This document shows, one piece after another, positions 1-7,053 of a stretch of DNA of 22,740 nucleotides. Position numbers and translations under genes: made by a program. Location: positions 1 through 22,740 of the IMG/VR virus record IMGVR_UViG_3300030493_000264. One strand, written 5' to 3'. The notes under the pieces are model-generated. The model was not told the DNA's origin and searched no databases. It saw only the letters and a program-made list of their open reading frames with translations. Position 1 is the first letter of the stretch; every line of letters starts with the position of its first letter. The DNA is from a virus.

Positions 1-204
1 ACGTAAAGATGATGGTTACTGCATTCGCCTTTAACTTATATCAGCTCTGTACACTGAAAAATGCAAATGTCATCTGAATATAGCGGACGCCATCGAAGGA
101 TGGCTGGATATGATGGATAATTCAAGAGATTTGGGCACGAAAATGGCGAAAAATGGACGAATTTTTAAAAACTACTGCCATCACTCCGGTTAATAGGAAT
201 CCTC
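1..204 (+). mobile_element. Right end of a probable IS5-family insertion sequence (transposase C-terminus plus candidate terminal inverted repeat)
   Basis: Frame 3 (3-77) reads VKMMVTAFAFNLYQLCTLKNANVI*, resembling the C-terminus of methanogen IS5-type transposases. GGTTAATAGGAATCCTC (188-204) followed by TAAA is a candidate right TIR and target. The left end is outside the window, so the TIR cannot be paired. Confidence 0.5.
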
Positions 205-875
205 TAAAAGCTCTATTAATAATTCTATCTTTGATTATACCTCTCACAATGGCGGCGCCAAATGAGGCGAGCGGCAATGTAACCCAGGTTGTAGATGCCG
301 ATACTCTCTATATCCAAAGTATCGGTAAGGTGAGGCTTGCTGACATATATTGCCCCGAGTCAAACAGGCCGGGTGGCCCGGAAGCAAAAGCCTATGTTGA
401 AGAGCGGATGCTTGGGAAAGAGGTATGGCTCGATATTGATAATAAATCGAGGATAGATAACAACGAGTTTAAGCGCCTTGTTTGCGTAGTCTATTTAAAG
501 GCCGGTAATGGCTCGCTGCAGAATTTCAACCGAGTGCTAGTGGATTCTGGCCACGCCTGCATCCAGAATTATAAGAACAACGAGTTCGACCCAGCTGGCT
601 GGTGGGTCGGCGGCATTCCAGACTCGGCCTGCATAGAATCGACCAATGGCTCTATGATACGTGGCGATGTGAGAACATTGGGCCTCATTCAACCCATAGG
701 CAAAAAGTTCATTGGCTCAATAAAGACCAAAAAATATCATAATCCTAAATGTAAGCATACGCGGGCAATTAAGCCAGAGAACACAATTTGGTTTGCAAGC
801 GCCGATGAAGCTAAAGCGCAGGGGTATGAACCATGTGTGATCTGTAGCCGCGATTTAGACAAGGATGCCTCTTAA
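153..875 (+). CDS. Secreted or membrane-anchored thermonuclease (SNase-like) with C-terminal Ada-type metal-binding domain
   Basis: Hydrophobic N-terminal segment (ALLIILSLIIPLTMAA). SNase-like motifs VTQVVDADTL, KVRLADIYCPE, KRLVCVVYL and NFNRVLVDSGHA. C-terminal KFIGSIKTKKYHNPKC...FASADEAKAQGYEPCVIC is typical of the Ada Zn-binding-like domain fused to such nucleases. The true start is uncertain because it overlaps the IS end. Confidence 0.8.
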   Translation: MDEFLKTTAITPVNRNPLKALLIILSLIIPLTMAAPNEASGNVTQVVDADTLYIQSIGKVRLADIYCPESNRPGGPEAKAYVEERMLGKEVWLDIDNKSRIDNNEFKRLVCVVYLKAGNGSLQNFNRVLVDSGHACIQNYKNNEFDPAGWWVGGIPDSACIESTNGSMIRGDVRTLGLIQPIGKKFIGSIKTKKYHNPKCKHTRAIKPENTIWFASADEAKAQGYEPCVICSRDLDKDAS

Positions 876-920
876 AATGAGGATGCCAGCGAGGAGAATA
901 CCTGGCGGTCTACCAGTGCA

Positions 921-956
921 TATATAGGCTCTTGACTCGTTAGTCATGACTCATGA
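921..956 (+). promoter_or_regulatory. parA promoter: TATA box plus palindromic operator-like site overlapping the start codon
   Basis: TATATA at 921-926, about 27 nt upstream of the ATG at 953. Perfect palindrome AGTCATGACT at 942-951 runs into CATGA containing the ATG. Confidence 0.55.
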
Positions 957-1699
957 AGGTCATCTCCATAGCCAACCAGAAGGGGGGATGTGGCAAAACC
1001 ACAACAGCCGTCAACCTTGCCACCTACCTTGCCCTCAAAGGCAAGCGCGTCCTCCTCTTAGACTTGGATCCCCAGGGCGCCGCGACTGAAGGTGTGGGGG
1101 TAGATAAGTGGAAGCTGGAAAAGAGCATCTATGACGTCATGGTCGATGAGACGCCTATCCAGGAGGTCGTAAAGCCTACTGCGATCCCGGGCCTTGACAT
1201 CGTGCCTTCTAACCTGGACCTCTCAGGGGCTGAGATGGAGCTCGCCAGCACCATGGCCCGGGAGTTTATCCTGAAAGAGAAGCTTGAGCCTCTGGACTAC
1301 GATTATGTGCTCATAGACTCACCACCGTCCTTAGGCCTTCTGACCATCAACTCTCTGACTGCCTGCGATACGCTCATTATTCCCCTGCAGTGCGAGTACT
1401 ACGCTCTTGCTGGCATGTCCATGCTCCTCAAGGTAGTGGAAAGGGTGGCAGTCAAGCTTGGCAACAAGCCACAGCGCTGGGTTCTTCTCACCATGTACGA
1501 TGCACGAACAAGCCTGAGCAAGCAGATAGCTGACCAGGTAAAGGACTACTTCAAAGGTGAGGTATTTCGGACCGTCGTCCCACGTAACGTGAAGCTGGCC
1601 GAGGCTCCCAGTTTTGGCAAGCCCATTCAACTATACGACCCATCTTCTTCTGGGGCTATTGCTTATGAGCAGCTTGCCGAGGAGGTCTTAAATGGCTAA
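953..1699 (+). CDS. parA: ParA/Soj family partitioning ATPase
   Basis: Deviant Walker A ANQKGGCGKTTT, DLDPQG, Walker B region YVLIDSPPSLG, PLQCEYYAL and C-terminal PRNVKLAEAPSFGKP, all characteristic of Soj. Confidence 0.95.
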   Translation: MKVISIANQKGGCGKTTTAVNLATYLALKGKRVLLLDLDPQGAATEGVGVDKWKLEKSIYDVMVDETPIQEVVKPTAIPGLDIVPSNLDLSGAEMELASTMAREFILKEKLEPLDYDYVLIDSPPSLGLLTINSLTACDTLIIPLQCEYYALAGMSMLLKVVERVAVKLGNKPQRWVLLTMYDARTSLSKQIADQVKDYFKGEVFRTVVPRNVKLAEAPSFGKPIQLYDPSSSGAIAYEQLAEEVLNG

Positions 1700-2468
1700 G
1701 AGATCCGTCATGGGCAAGGGGATGGATGCTCTCTTCTCAGATGTCAGGAGTAAAGACTCAGGAGAGACGACTCAGAAGTCAGAAGTAATGAGTCATGACT
1801 CAGGGGCAGAGACTCCTAAGCCAGAGAACCTTAGCCCTGATTCTGGAGTCCTCAGCCAAGAGTCCGCAGTCATGACTACTGAGAGTGAGGCGGCTAGGGA
1901 TGTCAGCAGTCAAGACCCAGTAATACTGAGTCATGACTCAGAAGTAATGAGGCCAGAAAGTGGAGCCCAAACCCTTGAGCCAAGAGTCATTAATCAAGAG
2001 TCTGGAGTAATGACTCATGGGCAAGCGGAGGAGTTGGGGAGCAATACTCATGACTCAGGAGTAATGAGTAATGATTCAGGGGCAAAGAGCTTGACCACAG
2101 AAGTCCTTAGATCTGAGTCAGAAGTCCCTAGTAGGGAATCTGGAGTCATGACTAAGGGGCCAAATGTGGACAAAGAAGTCATTACTCATGAATCTGGAAT
2201 AATGACTCCTGAGTCAGGTCTAATGAGCATTGATCCAGAAGTTCTAAAACAAGCAATCTCAGAAGGTTGCGCTAACCCGCGGATCTCTTTATGGTCGCCA
2301 ATGGTGATGTCAGTACTGCGATATTTACAGCTTACAACGTTTAGGTTCTCTATGAGCCGAGAGGCCAGTACGATCCTAGAGGATGCTTTCAAGGAAAAAT
2401 ACCCAGAGCTATGCAGTGAGATCCAGAAATCGGAGAAGGTACAGAACAGAGATAAGAGGGCTGAGTGA
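1692..2468 (+). CDS. ParA partner protein: ParB-like N-terminal peptide, long low-complexity linker, C-terminal ribbon-helix-helix-like domain
   Basis: Overlaps the parA stop by 8 nt. N-terminal KRSVMGKGMDALF resembles the ParB LGRGLDAL peptide. The linker has SHDS/VMT repeats. C-terminal RISLWS-PMVMSVLRYLQLT-SMSREASTILEDAFKEKY has a strand-helix-helix pattern. Confidence 0.7.
   Translation: MAKRSVMGKGMDALFSDVRSKDSGETTQKSEVMSHDSGAETPKPENLSPDSGVLSQESAVMTTESEAARDVSSQDPVILSHDSEVMRPESGAQTLEPRVINQESGVMTHGQAEELGSNTHDSGVMSNDSGAKSLTTEVLRSESEVPSRESGVMTKGPNVDKEVITHESGIMTPESGLMSIDPEVLKQAISEGCANPRISLWSPMVMSVLRYLQLTTFRFSMSREASTILEDAFKEKYPELCSEIQKSEKVQNRDKRAE
1748..2216. repeat. Intragenic array of palindromic (G)AGTCATGACT(C) sites
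   Basis: Perfect AGTCATGACT at 1791, 1868, 1929 and 2144. A 14-bp palindrome spans 1789-1802 and a 16-bp palindrome CTGAGTCATGACTCAG spans 1926-1941. Variants with 1-2 mismatches at 1749, 2006, 2046, 2067 and 2177. Confidence 0.9.
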
Positions 2469-2761
2469 TTAGAGGAGCTAAGACTACAGCTCCGCCAGCG
2501 GGCCTGGAGTTAGTCGCATCTCTAAGAGCTCTTGGCGTGACTCTAAATGATGCGCTCTTGGTTGTCTATTTATCGGGCGTTGAGGTGGCAACATCAAAGG
2601 AAATCGAGGCTGGAACCGGTCTCAGGCAGCCTGAGGTGACCATGGGCATGAAGATGCTCAGGGAGGAGGAGATCAAAAGTGAGAAGACAGGGGTTGAGAG
2701 AATTGGCACCCTGCCTTTAGCCCAGATGAGGCTTCAGCGATGGCTAGCGAATCCGATGTAA
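2465..2761 (+). pseudogene. Truncated or degenerate winged-helix transcriptional regulator (methanogen TrmB/MarR-like family)
   Basis: ATSKEIEAGTGLRQPEVTMGMKMLRE matches the 'TSxEIExxxxLRQPEVS' HTH of Methanomicrobia regulators. The following GW..GRP wing and C-terminal helix appear missing. Confidence 0.55.
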
Positions 2762-3144
2762 TTGAACGGCGGAAGCAAGTTAATGTGTTCAAGATAGGGA
2801 AGCTCTGGGTCTTCAAGTATTTTTTCGATGACAGGGGGCTCTATGAAGCGCTGCTTGGCTATTATAAGAAAGATACTTACCGGTTCGAGTTCAAATCCAC
2901 GGGCGAGAGAAACAAAGCTCTGAAGCTTCTGGAGTCCGGCGGGATTGATTACTGCCTAGTAGAGGACCTGAAAGGATACCTTGTCTGGCTGGATAAGTCC
3001 AGCAAATATGCCCCAGTTCTGAAGAACTCGGTGGCCTACAAAGAGACGGCCAACGAGAGAATATTCCTCATGAAGGACCTGGCTGCAGTGGAAGAGGCAT
3101 TAAGCTTCGGCGCTAAGATCTATGAGGGCGAGGTCAAATTCTAA
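2740..3144 (+). CDS. Conserved archaeal hypothetical protein
   Basis: Clean 134-aa ORF. The FKYFFDD...YY...YRFEF pattern resembles a conserved euryarchaeal family of unknown function. Confidence 0.7.
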   Translation: MASESDVIERRKQVNVFKIGKLWVFKYFFDDRGLYEALLGYYKKDTYRFEFKSTGERNKALKLLESGGIDYCLVEDLKGYLVWLDKSSKYAPVLKNSVAYKETANERIFLMKDLAAVEEALSFGAKIYEGEVKF

Positions 3145-3404
3145 GGCGGCTTGGACTGGGTCCCTATCTCCGTTTTCCAGTAGGCATTATACCAGAACCT
3201 ATGGCCATCCTCTCTTTGTCTCTGTTCGTAAGCCACCCAGCCCCACCTTATTAGAGATCTCAAGGAGCTGGATAACCGTCTCTCAACCCTGATCCAGTCT
3301 ATGTAGGTGGCAATATCCAGACCCATCGCCTCGGCGATCTCCTTAAGGGACCTTGCCTCCTCCTTGCTATCAGGAAGAGCTGCAAGAATTGCTTCATGGT
3401 TCAT
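3141..3404 (-). CDS. Small winged-helix DNA-binding protein
   Basis: SLKEIAEAMG...RLSSSLRSLIRWGWV...YNAYW has a wHTH pattern. The start is placed at MNHEA (3404) because it forms an ATGA overlap with the upstream gene's stop. Confidence 0.7.
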   Translation of the reverse strand: MNHEAILAALPDSKEEARSLKEIAEAMGLDIATYIDWIRVERRLSSSLRSLIRWGWVAYEQRQREDGHRFWYNAYWKTEIGTQSKPP

Positions 3405-3613
3405 GGGGCGTCCTTGATTCGCCAGAAGCAATGGTATCCATGGCGCCCACCGTAGGCCTTTTCTTTCTGCAATTCCACCAGGTCGAACTTCTCAAGTGCC
3501 AGCAAGGCACGATAGATTGTAGATAGCTTATGCCGAGAGTCAGTTAGCTCCTGGATATCTTCCTGAAGCTCCCTGGTGCTTTTAAGTGCTGACGATTGGC
3601 TCAGTATCTCCAA
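3401..3613 (-). CDS. Small winged-helix DNA-binding protein
   Basis: STRELQEDI...LSTIYRALLALEKFDLVE...FWRI has a wHTH pattern. The frame stays open to 3637, where GCG sits 6 nt from an AGGAGGA SD (3644-3650). Confidence 0.65.
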   Translation of the reverse strand: MEILSQSSALKSTRELQEDIQELTDSRHKLSTIYRALLALEKFDLVELQKEKAYGGRHGYHCFWRIKDAP

Positions 3614-3675
3614 GAGCTTATCCTGCAGTACGCTCGCTTAGTTTCCTCCTACTGCCTATCTGCTAGATCTACGAG

Positions 3676-3683
3676 TATATAAA
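3676..3683 (-). promoter_or_regulatory. TATA box for the two-wHTH operon
   Basis: TTTATATA on the minus strand, about 25 nt upstream of the SD-bearing leader. Confidence 0.5.
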
Positions 3684-3737
3684 TATCGAAGAAAATCAGG
3701 ATAAACATGACAGATTCATGCATTTGTGCCTTCGTTT

Positions 3738-3968
3738 TTAGGTGATCGCACGCGGGAATAAGACCCAAGCATCTTTTGGTAACTCAGCTATTCCAAGGAT
3801 TATGCGAATTTGCTCCTTTCGGAGCGCATCCCCCGGATTATCGAGCCAGAAAATATGCCAGAAGGATAGCGAGGCTAGAGGATAGGGATTTGCCATCAAG
3901 GGCGTGCGGAGGATGAGATCCCTACACCTGTATCCGTACTTGCTAAAAATCATCATAGCATATAGCAA
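3738..3968 (-). pseudogene. Fragment of an unidentified gene (copy A of the flanking duplication)
   Basis: Translation ...KYG(12)MANPYPLASLSFWHIFWLDNPGDALRKEQIRIILGIAELPK aligns without gaps to a stop-interrupted frame at 22269-22466. Confidence 0.5.
3774..3864 (+). repeat. Diverged direct repeat, left copy
   Basis: 73/91 nt identical, ungapped, to 22293-22383 by manual alignment; 16 of the 18 differences are transitions. Confidence 0.9.
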
Positions 3969-3986
3969 CGAATATGCCTATCAATT

Positions 3987-4000
3987 GAGAAAAGTTTAAA
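3987..4000 (+). promoter_or_regulatory. BRE/TATA-like promoter of the gasdermin-like gene
   Basis: Purine-rich GAGAAAAG followed by TTTAAA (3995-4000). An SD AGGTGA lies at 4026-4031, ahead of the ATG at 4038. Confidence 0.45.
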
Positions 4001-4037
4001 GCGAATGATAAACCATTATAATGCCAGGTGACTCTTG

Positions 4038-4916
4038 ATGGGAACGATGGCGGATGATTATACTAAAAGCTTACATGAAGAACACAAGATGTATGCTGCG
4101 TGGCCTCCAAATAGTAATTTTGAGCTTGGAGATTTTGGGATAATGACAGGCGATGAAAAGACGATATTTAATAGATATGGAAATATAGCTGCTACCAAGC
4201 AATTTCCAAAAATTCAATTTGAAACCAGAAGGGGTTCCTCTCCAAAAAGCACGCTGGTATATATATCAAAAGATGCAGTAAAGTATAACTTCGGACCAGG
4301 GATAGATTTGGGAGTTAAAGGCTTAGCTGATATTGTTAAATGTAAGCTTGATGTTAACTTCTCTGAAAGTAATGGTATATTTTTTTATTCTGATAATATT
4401 ACGGTCGAATCTATTGATGATAAAGGCTTCATATTTGAAAAAATAAAATCTCATTATAAAAATAAGTTATGGAGAAAAGAATTTGTTTTAGTAACAGATG
4501 TTATTAAAGCTGGTAATACGACTGTTTGTATTAGCGAGGGTAGAGATGCTTCAGCTTCTTTTGAAGCTAAAGTTCCTGCAATTACTATTCCTGTACCTCC
4601 TGGAATCCCTATAAGTCTTGGAAATGCAGGGATTAAATTAGAAAGTGTATCTAAAACGAACATCGGATATGACCTGACATCAGAACCCGGTCTCACGCCT
4701 TTTATGACGCTTTATGGTATTCGTGAATGGTCACCATGGCGGCCATCAGTACCTGATGGGGATGTTATTCAACTAAGTGCAATGGATCTAAGAAATCAAT
4801 TAACATATGGTCCAGAAATCTTAAATAGCGGAAACACAATTATATCTTTTGATAACATAGATGGCCCAGAATTTAAAATTGTTTATGAATTGCCAAAGCA
4901 AGGAGCTGGGGCATAA
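4038..4916 (+). CDS. Gasdermin-like (pore-forming) protein, putative
   Basis: The motif order YAAWPP..ELGDFG..FNRYGNI, LDVNFSESNGIFF..ITVESID, EFVLVTDVIKAGNTTVCIS, GLTPFMTLYGI plus a ~60-aa C-terminal tail parallels prokaryotic gasdermins (xAF..xxxxF, FFVATSLLRA, FGVKLxxL elements). The gene is visibly AT-richer than the viral operon. Confidence 0.6.
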   Translation: MGTMADDYTKSLHEEHKMYAAWPPNSNFELGDFGIMTGDEKTIFNRYGNIAATKQFPKIQFETRRGSSPKSTLVYISKDAVKYNFGPGIDLGVKGLADIVKCKLDVNFSESNGIFFYSDNITVESIDDKGFIFEKIKSHYKNKLWRKEFVLVTDVIKAGNTTVCISEGRDASASFEAKVPAITIPVPPGIPISLGNAGIKLESVSKTNIGYDLTSEPGLTPFMTLYGIREWSPWRPSVPDGDVIQLSAMDLRNQLTYGPEILNSGNTIISFDNIDGPEFKIVYELPKQGAGA

Positions 4917-4962
4917 TGGGCCGGTTCCAACTTGTATAAGTATGTATAACCTGTAAATTGGC

Positions 4963-4975
4963 TTTTTCATTTTTT
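4963..4975 (+). terminator. Oligo-T archaeal terminator after the gasdermin-like gene
   Basis: TTTTTCATTTTTT about 47 nt after the stop codon. Confidence 0.5.
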
Positions 4976-5373
4976 GTATCTTCAGAGCCAGAGTATTATT
5001 TTATAAATGCCTTCTCCGATCACAAAGGCCTGACTCTGCGCGCCAGATTGCTTTAAAATTCAATAGGCAGAGCTGGAATAGATCAATAGCAGTAGGTAAA
5101 ACTGATCTGTGCCTAGAGTCCATGGAATAGCTTGTTTGCCAGAATGGCAGTTAGGTCGATTTTGAGGCTTGGTTGAATGTTGTATAATTGCCTATGAATG
5201 ACTAGTGGGTTAGATATATACAACTAAGTTATGTGGGCTGACATGCCTATCTAGTCGATCCTTAATATTTTCACATCGCTCCCCCGCCGAACATTAATTG
5301 TCATTGGGGATTAAAGCCCTTTGATAGGAGGTAAGCCAGAACAACATCCCAGCAAGCATAGCCAAATCAATCT

Positions 5374-5400
5374 GGGCGAGATGGGGGCTACATCTCGCCC
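5374..5400. other. Perfect 10-bp hairpin
   Basis: GGGCGAGATG (5374-5383), 7-nt loop, CATCTCGCCC (5391-5400). Confidence 0.85.
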
Positions 5401-5588
5401 GACCTCCTTTACGCTGAAAGCTGTAATCTTCTGCTTATAACTGAATTGTCCCCCCATGGACACGGGGCTAGGGGGCCGTCGGCCTTGAGACGCCCGATAG
5501 TTCGTGCCCCACCTAAAAAGTATCGTATTTTCTGCATCCTTCAGGAACCCGTAAGTTGATGGCTCTGGTCTCCCCCAACACTCCCTTT

Positions 5589-5615
5589 AATTTGCCTATT
5601 ACTCCCAGGCAAATT
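5589..5615. other. Perfect 9-bp hairpin
   Basis: AATTTGCCT (5589-5597), 9-nt loop, AGGCAAATT (5607-5615). Confidence 0.85.
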
Positions 5616-5767
5616 CTCTTTTGCCAGGACCATCAGCCGGGAACTTCCTTAGTGAAGATTGGCCAATGGTAAAGCCTCGGACGCTTTACCTGTCCTAGAC
5701 CTGGAAAAATGTTTGCGCTCACTTGCCCGGGCCGGCCAATGCAAAAAGCGATCCGAGGTGATATATC

Positions 5768-6025
5768 ATTACACCTGATGAGATAATAAAGATAATTACG
5801 GCAATCAGTGACCTATTGGATACTAAGAAACGGGTATTCATAGGACTGGTAGTTCTCTGTATAGCATATTTTGCAACCACGAACCCGGCCATCAATCAGA
5901 CATACACCGGCCAGTGGGTCAACGCGGCAATGATGGTGATCTCATTCTACCTGGGATCCCATACTGAGAAGATGAAGAAGGGAGAGGATCAGGGCGGGGA
6001 TGGCACGGTTGGAGGATCTGGATGA
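5768..6025 (+). CDS. Small two-TM membrane protein, putative holin
   Basis: Two hydrophobic helices (VFIGLVVLCIAYFA and WVNAAMMVISFYLGS) and a charged tail, at the head of the viral operon. The frame is open from an ATT at 5768, 7 nt after SD GAGGTG (5755-5760); the ORF track start is TTG 5816. Confidence 0.55.
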   Translation: MTPDEIIKIITAISDLLDTKKRVFIGLVVLCIAYFATTNPAINQTYTGQWVNAAMMVISFYLGSHTEKMKKGEDQGGDGTVGGSG

Positions 6026-6699
6026 AGCCTATTCATTGGCTCCTGATCTTTGCATTAATTGCCCTGATTCTCGTCTGTCTTGATCTGTCACTGTCCCAGG
6101 CCGAGGTGACTATAGATAAAAACATCCACGTAGGCGGGAACGGCACTCTCTACAGCTCAGCTAAAGCAGACACCGGCATAGGAACGGCAGGAAACCGGAT
6201 AACTGGCCAAGGTGAGCAATATCTTGAAGACAGTGTAGACATGACCGACGAACAGACCACGCTCAACACATCTTACAGCTTGACCTCTGAAACGCCCTGG
6301 TTTCATAACGCCTATATGACCTATACCGCTACATCAAACAGGGACTACAGTCGCTACCTCTCAACATTTGGTAGCAGGACATTCAGAGTCGAGACTGTTC
6401 TCAAGGCCAATGATACCGAACTCAGATCCAACATAGAAGCAATTGGCGATGCGGGCCAGGCAACGGATGTCATAGTCGATGCCACTAAGAAGAAGCCTAT
6501 AGAGCTCTCTAGGACCGTAGTCACAGGCCCTTTCGAGCTGGGGATAAAGTTTGATGCCTTTGTCCCTGCCAAGATTAGTGCAGACTGGCTCCCCTGTCCT
6601 TCGGGCATTCAGCTTGGCAATTCTACCACATGGCGCCCCAGGAACCAGATCGGAAACATGAGCGACATATTCGACGTTGCAAGGGGGAACAGGTCATGA
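6022..6699 (+). CDS. Secreted or membrane-anchored protein of unknown function
   Basis: ATGA-coupled to the previous gene. N-terminal hydrophobic signal (IHWLLIFALIALILVCLDLSLSQA) followed by a Thr/Ser-rich beta-type body. Confidence 0.7.
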   Translation: MKPIHWLLIFALIALILVCLDLSLSQAEVTIDKNIHVGGNGTLYSSAKADTGIGTAGNRITGQGEQYLEDSVDMTDEQTTLNTSYSLTSETPWFHNAYMTYTATSNRDYSRYLSTFGSRTFRVETVLKANDTELRSNIEAIGDAGQATDVIVDATKKKPIELSRTVVTGPFELGIKFDAFVPAKISADWLPCPSGIQLGNSTTWRPRNQIGNMSDIFDVARGNRS

Positions 6700-6875
6700 A
6701 TGAGGATAAGCTGACCTCGGTCCTGGTCCGGGCCGGGCATCGGAGGCGCATCAAGGAGAACTCTGAACGGAGTACGCCAAACATCCGGCCCCAGGTAGCG
6801 TTCAGCCTGGAATGTACCTTGCGGGCATTAGCTGCCCATCGGGCCTCTCAGGGGGTGGAACCAATGGGTCAATGA
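6696..6875 (+). CDS. Small basic hypothetical protein (59 aa)
   Basis: The ATG at 6696 overlaps the TGA of the upstream gene (ATGA). Sequence MNEDKLTSVLVRAGHRRRIKE... Confidence 0.55.
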   Translation: MNEDKLTSVLVRAGHRRRIKENSERSTPNIRPQVAFSLECTLRALAAHRASQGVEPMGQ

Positions 6876-6995
6876 CCCCTCATCCCCAGCCACATCCTTT
6901 CAACATTGATCAGTTACATTGTTCTTGATACTAGCTAAAATGTCACCCAATAATCTGGCCTGTCCAGATCAGTCAATGGCTGGCCTAAATCGGTG

Positions 6996-7053
6996 AATTG
7001 GCTGGGCAGAGGCCAGACAAATTACCCAAAACCCACAGTCAACCCAGCCAATT
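6996..7053. repeat. 11-bp perfect inverted repeat upstream of terS
   Basis: AATTGGCTGGG (6996-7006) and CCCAGCCAATT (7043-7053), 36-nt spacer. Confidence 0.85.

Noticed and set aside
1331-1630. 99-aa minus-strand ORF within parA
   Set aside because: Antisense to a highly conserved gene, with no recognisable features.
1748-2216. Palindromic repeats as a CRISPR array
   Set aside because: Units are only 10-16 bp, irregularly spaced, inside an open reading frame, and there are no cas genes.
4917-5760. tRNA (as an integration target) in the intergenic gap
   Set aside because: No cloverleaf with T-loop GTTCRA and matching acceptor stem could be built.
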